Source: a virus
Taxonomy: Duplodnaviria > Heunggongvirae > Uroviricota > Caudoviricetes
DNA length: 39,054 bases
IMG/VR virus record: IMGVR_UViG_2874945390_000007
Reading direction: 5' to 3' (one strand)
Part shown: piece by piece, positions 18,792 through 29,025 of the stretch
Position numbering within the stretch: the first letter of the stretch is position 1
Layout of the letters: every line of letters starts with the position of its first letter
Position numbers and translations under genes: made by a program
The notes under the pieces: model-generated
What the model was told of the DNA's origin: nothing
Database searches by the model: none
The model's input: only the letters and a program-made list of their open reading frames with translations

Positions 18792-19087
18792 CAGGTTTTT
18801 TTCAGCGGGTGAGTGACTGGATCACCTTCTGGGCATCAGTCACAGCCACCACAATAGGCGTGATGACCATCAGTGAAAAAATCGCCCTTGCCGGGTTGTT
18901 ACTCGGTTCTCTGTCTGCATTACATGCCTGGCGACATCGCCGCCTGATGGAAACCGCCATGCAGCGTCGCAATGAACTCATCGCCAGTATCCTGGCGCAG
19001 TCAGACGCACGGCCACTTCACGACAGTGAGCGTCAGGCTCTGAACATTCTGCGGGATAACGATACACATGATAAAGCTGCCCGTTAA
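18785..19087 (+). CDS. holin (two TM segments)
   Basis: ORF 18578..19087; ATG 18785 gives MVTGFFQRVSDWITFWASVTATTIGVMTISEKIALAGLLLGSLSALHAW... with two hydrophobic helices; position between X and endolysin. Confidence 0.7.
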   Translation: MVTGFFQRVSDWITFWASVTATTIGVMTISEKIALAGLLLGSLSALHAWRHRRLMETAMQRRNELIASILAQSDARPLHDSERQALNILRDNDTHDKAAR

Positions 19088-19616
19088 ACGTTACGCCGTA
19101 GCCGCCATTGTGGCGCTGGGGTTCTCCATTGCCCCTCACAAACTCCGGACCAGCCCGGAAGCGCAAATCCGCATTGCCACATGGGAGGACTGTCGCGCAA
19201 CGCCTTACCGGGATATTGCCGGGGTAATGACCGTGGGGTGCGGCTCGACCGGGCATGTGGAAAATCGTCTGTACACCGAAACGGAAGTCGCCGGGCGCTG
19301 GGTTAATGATATGCAACATGCAGAAAACTGCATAAATCAGAACTTCAGCGGCAACGCCATGCCACAGTCCGCGTTTGAGGCAATGACAGATGCCGCCTTT
19401 AATCTTGGATGCAGAAATCTTATGTGGTTCAGGGATAAGAACCGTAACTACCACCGCACCACTATCTGGAAACATGCACAGGCGCACAACTGGCCTGACA
19501 TGTGCAACAGACTGACTGACTTCGTGAACAGCGGCGGCGAACGCTCACAGGGACTGGTTAACCGTCGTACTGATTTTCGTGCATGGTGCTTACGTGACAC
19601 CGGAGGCCAGTCATGA
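19068..19616 (+). CDS. endolysin, T4-lysozyme-like (GH24) with N-terminal signal-anchor-release segment
   Basis: 182-aa ORF; hydrophobic N-terminus AVAAIVALGFSIA; E-x8-D-x5-T catalytic spacing in ...WEDCRATPYRDIAGVMT... Confidence 0.82.
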   Translation: MIKLPVKRYAVAAIVALGFSIAPHKLRTSPEAQIRIATWEDCRATPYRDIAGVMTVGCGSTGHVENRLYTETEVAGRWVNDMQHAENCINQNFSGNAMPQSAFEAMTDAAFNLGCRNLMWFRDKNRNYHRTTIWKHAQAHNWPDMCNRLTDFVNSGGERSQGLVNRRTDFRAWCLRDTGGQS

Positions 19617-20086
19617 AAGTGCGTTACATCCTGATGATGGCACTGACCGTCCTCACGCTGCTGACCATAACACTCTGGCAGACATTCAGACTGGGGCAGG
19701 AAGACGGACACAACCGTTATACACAGGCGCAACTGGACGATTACAGCCGGACCCTGAAAGAGGCCGGCACCATCATCAGCACCGCATCCGGTGTACTGCG
19801 TGACGTCATGACAGCGCGCCAGAACCGACAACAGGAAGGGGAAATCCGACGTGAACAGCTACGCAACGATATCACGACAGATGCATGTGCCCGCGCTGTT
19901 CCTGACGCTCGCTTTACTGAGCGGTTGCACCAGCACGCAGAACGCGTCCGCGCCGCCGCCGTCGTTCCGTTTCATCCCGGAAGGGCTGACCGCCCCCGTA
20001 CTTCCCCCGCCGTTTCCGGTGACGCCATCATGGGGAAACATCGGGATATGGAGCGACAGCCTCATGGACGCACTGGAAACCTGTAA
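19613..20086 (+). CDS. lysB: i-spanin (Rz/LysB-like)
   Basis: 157-aa ORF with N-terminal TM MKVRYILMMALTVLTLLTITLW; RBS GGAGG; follows endolysin. Confidence 0.65.
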   Translation: MKVRYILMMALTVLTLLTITLWQTFRLGQEDGHNRYTQAQLDDYSRTLKEAGTIISTASGVLRDVMTARQNRQQEGEIRREQLRNDITTDACARAVPDARFTERLHQHAERVRAAAVVPFHPGRADRPRTSPAVSGDAIMGKHRDMERQPHGRTGNL

Positions 20087-20171
20087 CGCCGATAAGCGGG
20101 CCATTGAATTACTGGAACAGCGCAGGCTGCAACGACTGAACAACGAGGACAACAACCATGCTGAAAACTGA
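19881..20171 (+). CDS. lysC: o-spanin lipoprotein (Rz1/LysC-like), overlapping lysB in another frame
   Basis: ORF 19851..20171; ATG 19881 gives MHVPALFLTLALLSGCTSTQ... (lipobox LLSGC) and proline-rich body. Confidence 0.65.
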   Translation: MHVPALFLTLALLSGCTSTQNASAPPPSFRFIPEGLTAPVLPPPFPVTPSWGNIGIWSDSLMDALETCNADKRAIELLEQRRLQRLNNEDNNHAEN

Positions 20172-20625
20172 TTCCCTGCGTGAAGCCATGACCCGTTCAT
20201 GCCGGTGGTGTCATGCCAACCCGGAAAAATTCACCATTTTCGTGGAGAGCGGCAACATTGAAACGACCGGAGAAACCCCATCGTTTGTTTACCGCTATCA
20301 GATAGTGATGTTTGTCATGGATTACGCCGGAGAGCTGGACGACCTCACGCTGCCGCTGCTGGCGTGGTTATCCGAAAATCAGCCACAGTTGTTGCTCAAT
20401 CCGGAGCGTAATCAGGACATCAAATTTTCCGCCGTTATCAATGACGATGACAGCGCCGATCTCCTGTTTACGCTCCCCCTGCGGGAACGCGTTCGCATCA
20501 CGCGCAGCAGTCAGGGCACACCGCAGGCAGAACACCTGCCGGAGCCAAAACCCCGCCTGCCCTCTTCCGAAGGCGACTGGTCGCATGTATTCCAGGATGT
20601 GACGTGGGGGGAAAGCGATGGATAA
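20158..20625 (+). CDS. R: tail completion protein, P2 gpR family
   Basis: 155-aa ORF MLKTDSLREAMTRS...LLAWLSENQP... parallels P2 gpR. Confidence 0.8.
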   Translation: MLKTDSLREAMTRSCRWCHANPEKFTIFVESGNIETTGETPSFVYRYQIVMFVMDYAGELDDLTLPLLAWLSENQPQLLLNPERNQDIKFSAVINDDDSADLLFTLPLRERVRITRSSQGTPQAEHLPEPKPRLPSSEGDWSHVFQDVTWGESDG

Positions 20626-21253
20626 GGCATTCACCCGCGTGGATGAAACCTTTGAGGCTATCCGCGACAGCCTGAATCAGCAGGCCATTAATAACATCGC
20701 CAGAAAGCTGGCACAGGATTTACGCCGCGCCCAGCAGGCGCGTATCCGGTCACAGAAAGCGCCGGACGGGACCGCATGGACACCACGCAGACGCCGCGTA
20801 ACCCGGATACAGGAGCGCATTCGCTTTATCTGGAATAACGAAGCACGCACGCTGAAAAACTGGCATCACGACACGGGGAAATACGGGCGAACCATCACCG
20901 GGTGGGATGAGGATAAAAACAATATCCGCACGTTTTACCGGGATGACATCGACCGTTTTCTGGAAATACGCACCCGGCGCATCAACCAGGACAGCACCAG
21001 GCGCGTCTCCATGTTCGTAAAACTGCGCACCGCCCGCTACCTGAAAGCCCGTGCAGATGCTTCCGGTGTGACGGTGGGTTACAGCGGCGTGGCCGCACGT
21101 ATTGCACGCGTTCATCAGTTCGGTGAGCGCGATCAGGTTGCGCCGGGCATTTTCACCGATTACCCGGTACGTGAGCTGCTGGGTATCAGCCAGGCAGATG
21201 AGCGCCTGATTTATAACACGGTGCTGGGCCGGATTGCGGAGGCTGTACGATGA
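20618..21253 (+). CDS. S: tail completion / virion morphogenesis protein, P2 gpS position
   Basis: 211-aa ORF between R and V; assignment mainly positional. Confidence 0.6.
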   Translation: MDKAFTRVDETFEAIRDSLNQQAINNIARKLAQDLRRAQQARIRSQKAPDGTAWTPRRRRVTRIQERIRFIWNNEARTLKNWHHDTGKYGRTITGWDEDKNNIRTFYRDDIDRFLEIRTRRINQDSTRRVSMFVKLRTARYLKARADASGVTVGYSGVAARIARVHQFGERDQVAPGIFTDYPVRELLGISQADERLIYNTVLGRIAEAVR

Positions 21254-21831
21254 GCGCAGAACTCATGCGACTGCTGAGCAATATCATCCGCACCGGGATC
21301 ATCTCTGAAGTTGATGAGGAATCCTGGTGCGTGCGCGTTCGCAGCGGCGAACTGGAAACAGGCTGGCTGCGCTGGAACACCACGCGCGCGGGAGACTTCA
21401 ACGTGTGGTTTCCGCCATCACCAGGCGAACAGGTGGCAATTGCCTGCATCGGCGGCAACCCGGAAACCGCCATGATAATCGGCAGCCTGTGGAGTGATGC
21501 CATTCCGGCACCCGGCAAAAGCCTGAAAGAAATCGTGGTCAGCGCGCCGGACGGCGCGGTGTTCCGCTACGACGCGGACGCAGGCGCACTGAGCGCAAGC
21601 GGCATGAAAACGGCCACTTTGCAGGCATCCATCAGCGTGACACTGAACACGCCTGTCGTGGAATGCACAGACCTTCTGAGAACAGCGACGCTTGACGTCA
21701 CAAAAGGGGGAACGATGAGCGGCAATATCACGCACAGCGGCGGCGATTTCACCTCAAACGGCATCACAGTGCATACGCATAAGCACGGTGGCGTTAAAGG
21801 TGGCAGCGATTCGACAGGAGGCCCGCAGTGA
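21250..21831 (+). CDS. V: baseplate spike/assembly protein, P2 gpV family
   Basis: 193-aa ORF; order V-W-J-I conserved. Confidence 0.8.
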   Translation: MSAELMRLLSNIIRTGIISEVDEESWCVRVRSGELETGWLRWNTTRAGDFNVWFPPSPGEQVAIACIGGNPETAMIIGSLWSDAIPAPGKSLKEIVVSAPDGAVFRYDADAGALSASGMKTATLQASISVTLNTPVVECTDLLRTATLDVTKGGTMSGNITHSGGDFTSNGITVHTHKHGGVKGGSDSTGGPQ

Positions 21832-22178
21832 CAACCCGCTACACAGGAATGAACCCGGACGGGACGGGAAACCTGAACGATATGGCGCACCTGAAACAGT
21901 CAGTCAGGGACATCCTGACCACCCCGCTGGCAAGCCGGGTTATGCGACGGGAATATGGCAGCCTTGTGCCTGATTTGATTGACGAACCCATGAATAACAC
22001 CACGCGTCTGCAATGCATGAGTGCTACCGTGATTGCACTGACACGATGGGAACCACGCATTGCCCTGAACGCCATCGACGTTGTCTGGAAGGCAGGAGGC
22101 CACGCCGGGGTGACGCTGTCGGGCACTGTCATGCAGACCATGCAGAATGTTGAATTAACCATCACGCTGAGGGAGTAA
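21828..22178 (+). CDS. W: baseplate wedge protein, gpW/gp25 family
   Basis: 116-aa ORF; size and position as P2 W. Confidence 0.8.
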   Translation: MTTRYTGMNPDGTGNLNDMAHLKQSVRDILTTPLASRVMRREYGSLVPDLIDEPMNNTTRLQCMSATVIALTRWEPRIALNAIDVVWKAGGHAGVTLSGTVMQTMQNVELTITLRE

Positions 22179-22181
22179 ATC

Positions 22182-23078
22182 ATGCCTGCCGTTGACCTTT
22201 CCCAGTTACCGGAACCCGCCATCATCGCGGAGCCTGACTTTGAGGCAATTCTGGCTGACACAAAGGCCATGATGATTGCAGCTTATCCCGCCGAACAGCG
22301 TGAAGTCGTCTCCGCCGCACTGGAACTGGAATCGGAACCCCTGAACGTTATCGCTCAAACCATGTCGTTTCGTGAAATGCTGTTACGCCAGCGGGTCAAT
22401 GAGGCCGCACGCGCCTGCATGTTGAGCCACAGCGCCGGAACAGACCTGGACAACCTCGCGGGCAATATGAACACAAAGCGCCTGGTTATCACTCCGGCAA
22501 CGGATACCACCGACGTGGTGATGGAGAACGACACCTCGCTGAGACTGCGGGCGCAGCGGGCGTATGACGGCCTGAGTGTTGCAGGCCCGTCAGGCGCATA
22601 CGAGTATTTTGCCCGCAGCGCCAGCGGTCTGGTGCGCGATGCGCGGGCCATCAGTCCGTCTCCGGCAAATGTGACGGTTTCCATCCTGTCCACTGAGGGC
22701 GACGGCACAGCAACGGAGGCGTTGCTTAATACCGTTCGCGCCGTTCTGAATGCAGAGGATACCCGCCCGGTGGCCGACCGCCTGACCGTACAGAGTGCCA
22801 GAATCGTGACATGGCGGCTGAATGCAAAACTGTACTTTTACCCCGGTCCGGAATCCGAACCTATTCTGGCTGCGGCTGAATCGTCGTTCAGGAAGTGGCT
22901 GGCTGAGCAGGGGCTTATCGGTCAGGACGTGGCGTTGTCCGCCATTGCTGCCGCACTGCATGTGCACGGTGTGCAACGCGTGGAGATAATCGAACCCACA
23001 CAGAATATGGCCATCAGCGACATACAGGCGGCGCGCTGTGAGTCATTCACCATCAGCGAAGGTGGGCGTAATGAGTAA
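22182..23078 (+). CDS. J: baseplate protein J
   Basis: 298-aa ORF; size and position as P2 J. Confidence 0.82.
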   Translation: MPAVDLSQLPEPAIIAEPDFEAILADTKAMMIAAYPAEQREVVSAALELESEPLNVIAQTMSFREMLLRQRVNEAARACMLSHSAGTDLDNLAGNMNTKRLVITPATDTTDVVMENDTSLRLRAQRAYDGLSVAGPSGAYEYFARSASGLVRDARAISPSPANVTVSILSTEGDGTATEALLNTVRAVLNAEDTRPVADRLTVQSARIVTWRLNAKLYFYPGPESEPILAAAESSFRKWLAEQGLIGQDVALSAIAAALHVHGVQRVEIIEPTQNMAISDIQAARCESFTISEGGRNE

Positions 23079-23601
23079 TTCACTGTTACCACCATCAGCC
23101 AGCAATTTCATGCGTTGTGCCGAAGCCGTCGGAACACGCATTACAGACATTCCGGCAGACCTCAACACGCTGTGGTCGCCGGACACCTGCCCGGTGCATC
23201 TGCTGCCTTATCTCGCCTGGGCGTTTTCCGTTGACCGCTGGGATCGCAACTGGCCGGAAGAGACAAAGCGACAGGTGATTCGTGATGCATGGCTGATACA
23301 CCGACACAAAGGAACCATCAGCGCCCTGCGACGGGCCATTGAGCCGCTGGGATACCTCATTCGCGTGTCTGAGTGGTGGGAGTTCAACGGCGAACCCGGA
23401 ACATTCAAGATTGATGTTGGCACGCTGGACAGTGGCGTGACGGAGGAAATGTATCTGGAAATGGAGCGGTTGATTGCTGATGCCCGCCCGGTCAGCCGCC
23501 ACATGACAGGGCTGAATATCATTCAGGAGATTCAGGGAGATATTTTCGCGGCAGCAGCAACTTACGACGGTGAAGTCATTACCATTTATCCGGACGATTA
23601 A
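23071..23601 (+). CDS. I: baseplate/tail protein I
   Basis: ORF 23038..23601; ATG 23071 (MSNSLLPPSASNFMRCAEAV...) gives 176 aa, same as P2 gpI. Confidence 0.8.
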   Translation: MSNSLLPPSASNFMRCAEAVGTRITDIPADLNTLWSPDTCPVHLLPYLAWAFSVDRWDRNWPEETKRQVIRDAWLIHRHKGTISALRRAIEPLGYLIRVSEWWEFNGEPGTFKIDVGTLDSGVTEEMYLEMERLIADARPVSRHMTGLNIIQEIQGDIFAAAATYDGEVITIYPDD

Positions 23602-23603
23602 GC

Positions 23604-25640
23604 ATGAGTACCACAACACGAAAATTTAAAACCATTATCACCGATACGGGTGCAAAAAAATTAGCGCAGGCAACCGCGCCAGATGGGAAACCTGTCCGCC
23701 TGACACATATGGCCGTGGGTGACGGCGGCGGTACTTTACCCACGCCAGACAGTAAGCAGACCCGTCTTGTGCATGAGGTGTGGCGACATACCGTTAATCG
23801 CGTCACCCTGGACGCAACACATCAGAACCACATTATTGCGGAGCTGGTTATTCCTCCTGAAACGGGCGGATTCTGGATCCGGGAAATTGGTGTGTTTGAT
23901 GAGCACGGCGATTTGATCGCGGTAGGCAATACTGCCGAAAGTTACAAGCCAACCGTTGCCGAAGGATCCGGACGTGCACAAACATTTCGCACCATTCTGA
24001 CCGTATCCAGCACTGCCACTGTGGCGCTTACCGTGGATAACACCATGGTGATGGCCACAGTGAATTACGTGGATGACAAACTGAAAGAGCATGAACAGTC
24101 ACGACGTCACCCGGACGCCTCGCTGACCGCAAAAGGCCTTGTCCAGCTCAGCAACGCCACCAACAGCACGTCTGAAACGCTGGCAGCGACACCAAAAGCC
24201 GTTAAGGCAGTAATGGATGAAACGAACAAGAAAGCCCCATTAAACAGCCCGGCACTGACCGGAACGCCAACAACACCAACTGCGCGACAGGGAACGAATA
24301 ATACCCAAATCGCAAGCACGGCTTTCGTTATGGCTGCGATTGCCGCACTTGTAGACTCTTCGCCTGATGCACTGAACACACTGAACGAGCTGGCGGCGGC
24401 GCTGGGCAACGACCCGAATTTTGCGACCACCATGACTAACGCGCTTGCGGGTAAGCAACCGAAAGATGCCACTCTGACGGCGCTGGCGGGGCTTGCTACT
24501 GCGGCAGACAGGTTTCCGTATTTTACGGGGAATGATGTCGCCAGCCTGGCAACCCTGACAAAAGTCGGGCGGGATATTCTTGCGAAATCGACCGTTGCCG
24601 CCGTTATCGAATACCTCGGTTTACAGGAAACGGTAAACAAGGCTGGTAACGCCGTGCAAAAAAATGGCGATACGTTGTCCGGTGGACTTACTTTTGAAAA
24701 CGACTCAATCCTTGCCTGGATTCGAAATACTGACTGGGCAAAGATTGGGTTTAAAAATAATTCGGATGCAGACACCGATTCCTACATGTGGTTTGAAACA
24801 GGCAACAACGGCAATGAATATTTCAAATGGAGACACCGCATCATTGGCACCCGGCCTAAAGACCTGATGAATCTTAAATGGAATGCTTTGTCTGTTCTTG
24901 TTGAAGCCCTTTTCAGCAGTGAAGTGAAAATATCGACAGTCAATGCACTGAGGATATTTAATTCATCTTTTGGTGCCATTTTTCGTCGTTCTGAAGAATG
25001 CCTGCATATCATCCCTACACGAGAGAATGAAGGGGAAAATGGTAATATAGGGCCACTACGCCCCTTTACGCTTAATCTCAGAACTGGCCGGATAAGCATG
25101 GGGCATGGTCTTGATGTTACAGGGGATATATTTGCAAACCGTTTTGCAATTAACAGTAGTACCGGCATGTGGATTCATATGCGTGACCAGAATGTTATTT
25201 TGGGACGTAATGCGGTATCCACTGATGGTGCTCAGGCTTTGCTCCGTCAGGACCATGCCGACCGCAAATTTATGATTGGCGGTCTGGGAAATAAGCAATT
25301 TGGCATCTACATGATTAATAACTCAAGGACAGCCAATGGCACCGATGGTCAGGCGTACATGGATAATAACGGGAACTGGCTTTGCGGCTCGCAAGTTATT
25401 CCCGGCAACTATGGCAATTTTGATTCCAGATATGTGAAAGATGTTCGACTTGGTTCACAGCAATATTATGGAGTGAACAACTGGCAAACATGGAATTTTC
25501 AGTGCCCGTCAGGCTATGTACTGACGGGGATTAACGTACAGGATACCGGAAAAAACTCTGCCGATAATATTGCAGGCGTTCATTACAGGCCAGTGCAAAA
25601 GTATATAAATGGCACTTGGTATAATGTGGCGAGTATTTAA
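23604..25640 (+). CDS. H: tail fibre protein H (constant N-terminal part plus currently expressed variable C-terminal part)
   Basis: 678-aa [25 protein letters not shown]... matching P2 gpH N-terminus; crossover site lies inside the gene at 24604..24629. Confidence 0.9.
   Translation: MSTTTRKFKTIITDTGAKKLAQATAPDGKPVRLTHMAVGDGGGTLPTPDSKQTRLVHEVWRHTVNRVTLDATHQNHIIAELVIPPETGGFWIREIGVFDEHGDLIAVGNTAESYKPTVAEGSGRAQTFRTILTVSSTATVALTVDNTMVMATVNYVDDKLKEHEQSRRHPDASLTAKGLVQLSNATNSTSETLAATPKAVKAVMDETNKKAPLNSPALTGTPTTPTARQGTNNTQIASTAFVMAAIAALVDSSPDALNTLNELAAALGNDPNFATTMTNALAGKQPKDATLTALAGLATAADRFPYFTGNDVASLATLTKVGRDILAKSTVAAVIEYLGLQETVNKAGNAVQKNGDTLSGGLTFENDSILAWIRNTDWAKIGFKNNSDADTDSYMWFETGNNGNEYFKWRHRIIGTRPKDLMNLKWNALSVLVEALFSSEVKISTVNALRIFNSSFGAIFRRSEECLHIIPTRENEGENGNIGPLRPFTLNLRTGRISMGHGLDVTGDIFANRFAINSSTGMWIHMRDQNVILGRNAVSTDGAQALLRQDHADRKFMIGGLGNKQFGIYMINNSRTANGTDGQAYMDNNGNWLCGSQVIPGNYGNFDSRYVKDVRLGSQQYYGVNNWQTWNFQCPSGYVLTGINVQDTGKNSADNIAGVHYRPVQKYINGTWYNVASI
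24604..24629. repeat. left crossover site for DNA invertase (gix/pix-like), inside gene H
   Basis: ttatcgaatacctcggtttacaggaa; reverse complement ttcctgtaaaccgaggt... shares 17 nt with right site and 12/12 with the Mu gix half-site TTCCTGTAAACC. Confidence 0.8.
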
Positions 25641-25641
25641 T

Positions 25642-26169
25642 ATGATGCACTTAAAGAACATAAAAGCAGGTAATGCTAAAACAGTGGAGCAGTATGAGTT
25701 AACAAAGAAGCACGGAGTCATCTGGCTTTACTCTGAGGACGGAAAAAACTGGTATGAGGAAGTGAAGAACTTTCAGCCAGACACAATAAAGATTGTTTAC
25801 GATGCAAATAATATTATTGTCGCCATCACCAAAGATGCCTCCACGCTTAACCCTGAAGGTTATAGCGTCGTTGAGGTTCCTGATATTACAGCAAATCGTC
25901 GTGCTGATGATTCCGGTAAGTGGATGTTTAAGGACGGAGCTGTGGTTAAACGGATTTATACGGCTGACGAACAGCAACAACAGGCCGAATCACAAAAGGC
26001 CGCATTGCTTTCCGAAGCTGAATCAGTCATCCAGCCGCTGGAACGCGCTGTCAGGCTGAATATGGCGACGGACGAGGAACGCACACGACTGGAAGCATGG
26101 GAACGCTACAGTGTTCTGGTCAGCCGTGTGGATACGGCAAAGCCAGAATGGCCACAAAAGCCTGAGTAA
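25642..26169 (+). CDS. G: tail fibre assembly chaperone (Tfa / P2 gpG-like), active-orientation copy
   Basis: ORF 25609..26169; ATG 25642 ([40 protein letters not shown]...). Confidence 0.85.
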   Translation: MMHLKNIKAGNAKTVEQYELTKKHGVIWLYSEDGKNWYEEVKNFQPDTIKIVYDANNIIVAITKDASTLNPEGYSVVEVPDITANRRADDSGKWMFKDGAVVKRIYTADEQQQQAESQKAALLSEAESVIQPLERAVRLNMATDEERTRLEAWERYSVLVSRVDTAKPEWPQKPE

Positions 26170-26174
26170 AAATT

Positions 26175-26194
26175 AAGGCCCGATATCGGGCCTT
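26175..26194. terminator. bidirectional hairpin between convergent tfa genes
   Basis: 20-bp perfect palindrome aaggcccgatatcgggcctt between stops of 25642..26169 (+) and 26198..26731 (-). Confidence 0.55.
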
Positions 26195-26197
26195 GTT

Positions 26198-26731
26198 TCA
26201 TTCTGGTTGTTCGGGAAACGTTACTGGCAGGCTGGAGGTGTCTGTGGATTCGACCTTCTGCGCATAGAGCATCCACTCGGTTAATTTTTGTTTATTCTCG
26301 TCGGAAATAATGCCCAGCCGTAGCTGTGAGTCCCATAGCTGGGTTTTATCCCTGACGAGCTGTAGCAGGCTTTGCTTTTCATTTTCCGCTTGTTGCCTCT
26401 GCTCTTCCCCGGTATAAGTTCGCTTTATCACTACGCCATCTTTGAACATCCATTTACCTGAAATATCAGCCCGGCGATTTGCTGTAATATCAGGAACCTC
26501 AACGACGCTTGCGCCTTCCGGATTAATTGCTGAAACATCCTTTTCAATACAAATAATAACGCCGTTGTGGTCATAGACCATTTTCAACGTATCAGGCTGA
26601 AAGTTCTTTTGTTCCTCATACCAGTTTTTCCCATCCTCTGTATAAAGCCATTTGATGTTAAATTGTTTCGTTAGCTGGTATTGCTCTTTTGTTTCAGGAT
26701 TACCAGCAGAAATGTTTTTTAAGTGCATCAT
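26198..26731 (-). CDS. alternative tail fibre assembly chaperone (Tfa'), silent-orientation copy
   Basis: 177-aa [43 protein letters not shown]... paralogous to the plus-strand Tfa with divergent C-terminus. Confidence 0.85.
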   Translation of the reverse strand: MMHLKNISAGNPETKEQYQLTKQFNIKWLYTEDGKNWYEEQKNFQPDTLKMVYDHNGVIICIEKDVSAINPEGASVVEVPDITANRRADISGKWMFKDGVVIKRTYTGEEQRQQAENEKQSLLQLVRDKTQLWDSQLRLGIISDENKQKLTEWMLYAQKVESTDTSSLPVTFPEQPE

Positions 26732-26733
26732 CG

Positions 26734-27678
26734 TTAAATACTCCCCGCGTTATACCACGTCCCATTAATGCAATACTGAATTGGCCTTGCCTGAGTTGTA
26801 TCAATTAGTTCATCTCTGTTTGAGTTAACGGAACCGGTAACAACATAACCTGACCTGTCAGACCATCCGGGACCATTCCATGTCTGAACAGATAACAGAC
26901 CACCAAGGCGAATACCTGTAATAAACCTTGAGTTACATTCTGCCTGCGTATATGCACCAACATCTCCCGCAGAGGGTTTGCGGGTTGTGGTGTAAAACTC
27001 TGACCAGTCAGCTTCAAAGCCATAACCATCACGCGCTGAACGATAAAAAATACCGCCGTTCCTGTAATTCACGCGGAACTGTACAGCAGGGCAGCTCCCC
27101 GTATTCATATTGAAGTGGAGGATTAATGTCGATGCGCCACCAATGTTTGCGTTATAGACCCCGCTATTCCAGTTCCAGCCAACAGCTTTATCATTTCCGA
27201 CAGTGCTTCCTGTTTGCCCTAAAGCAAATGCAGGTTGTTGATTTTTCGTGTTGTAGTCTCGTCGCCAGCCAGGAGCGTAAGCATCACCATGATTAATATA
27301 AGTGAATTGAGCGTTAGTAATTCCGCCACCGCTGGACGTGCTCGGCGTGGTAACGCGTATGGTCATTGCGCCGCGAGTGCCAATAACTTCCACCACAGCA
27401 CCTGCAAGACAAATATTTCCGCAACCTGTATCTGTAATGACCTTATTATTTGCATAAGCCCATGAGCCTTTGCACATCCAGTAAGGATGGTTAAATGCTC
27501 CCTGACTCTCCAGCCACGAAATAAATTGCGCGGTTGTCCAGACCTGACTATCGCCACCAATATTCAGCCATGAGCTATATGCGCGGCAGGCACCAATATT
27601 TTTGGTGAAGGTATCTTTCCCCGGAATATCTGCGCCGTTCTGGTTTTTCTGTAATGCGCCAGAAGCCTGATTTACCGT
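26734..27678 (-). other. alternative tail-fibre C-terminal cassette (H variable part, silent orientation; no own start)
   Basis: Minus-strand frame ...LQETVNQASGALQKN...CINGTWYNAGSI is collinear with the H region after the crossover site but has a different receptor-binding C-terminus; ORF-track N-terminal extension to 27834 reads through the crossover site into the IS and is not a real start. Confidence 0.8.
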
Positions 27679-27704
27679 TTCCTGTAAACCGAGGTTTGAG
27701 GTGT
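27679..27704. repeat. right crossover site for DNA invertase (gix/pix-like)
   Basis: ttcctgtaaaccgaggtttgaggtgt; inner half-site identical to left site in inverted orientation, outer half-site more degenerate. Confidence 0.75.
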
Positions 27705-27739
27705 ACTGGCAATAGCGGACACTACCATTTGTTCTTTTT

Positions 27740-28558
27740 TTAAGCAGCCATCTGATGATATTTTTCCCTGAAGGCTGCCGGGGAGATATTCCCCAGACGA
27801 GAGTGACGACGCTGACGATTGTAGAAAATCTCAATGTATTCCCGTATTACTGAGATGGCTTCATCCCGGTTATTAAAACGATAGTGGCTCAGGCTCTCAT
27901 TTTTCAGCGTTCCCCAGAAGCTTTCCATCGGAGCGTTGTCGTAACAGTTACCTTTACGCGACATTGATGTTTTCAGACCAAACTGCTCCTGTATGACCCG
28001 GTAATCGTATGCGCAGTACTGTGAACCTCGATCAGAGTGGTGGATTAGCCCGGCAGGTGGGCGCTGGCTCCTGAGCGCCATAAACAGGGCTTTACCTGTC
28101 AGCTCTTTTGTCATGCGCTCTCCCATGGCGTAGCCGACAATTTCGCACGTATAAACATCTTTGATGCCAGCGAGGTACAACCATCCCTCCTGTGTGGCAA
28201 CATACGTCAGGTCCGCCACCCAGACCTGATTTGGTGCTGTAGGAGCGAACGTCTGGTTCAGCAGATTTGGCGCAACTGGCAGATTGTGGTTCGAGTTCGT
28301 AGTCGCTCTGAACTTGCGTTTCTGCTTACAGCGTAGCCTTAGCTCCTTACGAAGACGTGCCAGTCGGTCACGACCAACGATGATGCCATTCTCTGCCAGC
28401 TCCGTCTGGAGCCGCCGGGTTCCATATGTTTCGCGAGTGCGGATATGTGCCACCTTAATCTCCAGTTTTAGCCGCTCATCACTTTGTTTTCTGTCTGAGG
28501 GTTCATGCTGTACCCAGTTGTAATAACCGCTCCTGGATACACCAAATACCTGACACAT
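27740..28558 (-). CDS. IS3-family transposase OrfB (catalytic DDE domain; expressed as OrfAB fusion by -1 frameshift)
   Basis: 272-aa ORF with ...VWVADLTYV...GWLYLAGIKDVYT...HHSDRGSQY...CYDNAPMESFWGTLK... typical IS3 OrfB. Confidence 0.9.
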   Translation of the reverse strand: MCQVFGVSRSGYYNWVQHEPSDRKQSDERLKLEIKVAHIRTRETYGTRRLQTELAENGIIVGRDRLARLRKELRLRCKQKRKFRATTNSNHNLPVAPNLLNQTFAPTAPNQVWVADLTYVATQEGWLYLAGIKDVYTCEIVGYAMGERMTKELTGKALFMALRSQRPPAGLIHHSDRGSQYCAYDYRVIQEQFGLKTSMSRKGNCYDNAPMESFWGTLKNESLSHYRFNNRDEAISVIREYIEIFYNRQRRHSRLGNISPAAFREKYHQMAA

Positions 28559-28593
28559 CGCTTCAATGGGAAATTGTTGTCGCCATTGTTCGA

Positions 28594-28896
28594 TTAACGC
28601 GTATTTTTCAGCGACTCCTGTGCAAAATACGCTGTTGCTTTTTTTAATATATCTCGCTCAAGGCGAGCTTCATTTAACGCCTTACGCAGTTGCAGAATTT
28701 CAGATTCCAGTTCAGCCACCGTGCGGGAACCAGGAGTACCGAGCCCTTTTCTGGCGGCGGTAACCCATTGTCCTAAAGTGCCTTCAGGAAGAGATAATCG
28801 GGAAGCGCCTTCACTGATCGAAAGTTGATTTTCAAGAACCGTTCTGACAGCTTCGGCTTTGAACTCTTTAGAGTAACGTTGGGTTTTTCTGCTCAT
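28594..28896 (-). CDS. IS3-family transposase OrfA (HTH/leucine zipper)
   Basis: 100-aa ORF MSRKTQRYSKEFKAEAVRTVLENQLSISEGA...; slippery TTA AAA AAA GCA near its 3' end (complement of 28638..28649). Confidence 0.9.
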   Translation of the reverse strand: MSRKTQRYSKEFKAEAVRTVLENQLSISEGASRLSLPEGTLGQWVTAARKGLGTPGSRTVAELESEILQLRKALNEARLERDILKKATAYFAQESLKNTR

Positions 28897-29025
28897 TATT
28901 AGCTCCTTCTGATGCCATTCTATTTCAGGAAGGAGTGTCCGTTAAACTCAGGCTACCTCAGTTTTAGATAATGGCCGTTTCCGGCCTGCATGGCATGATT
29001 TGCGCTTTTGGACGGGAGATTCAGC

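Larger units (their letters stand above)
27707..28950 (-). mobile_element. IS3-family insertion sequence (IS600-like by recollection), apparently intact
   Basis: orfA plus orfB with -1 frameshift heptamer; imperfect terminal inverted repeats beginning TG (tggcaatagcggacact at 27707 vs reverse complement tgagtttaacggacact ending 28950); boundaries +/- a few bp, no clear target duplication seen. Confidence 0.8.

Noticed and set aside
26734-27834. ORF-track extension of the alternative tail fibre cassette into the IS element (MRFSTIVSVVTLVWG...)
   Set aside because: The extension reads through the gix-like crossover site and the IS terminal inverted repeat; the cassette is expressed only after inversion, as a fusion to the constant part of H.
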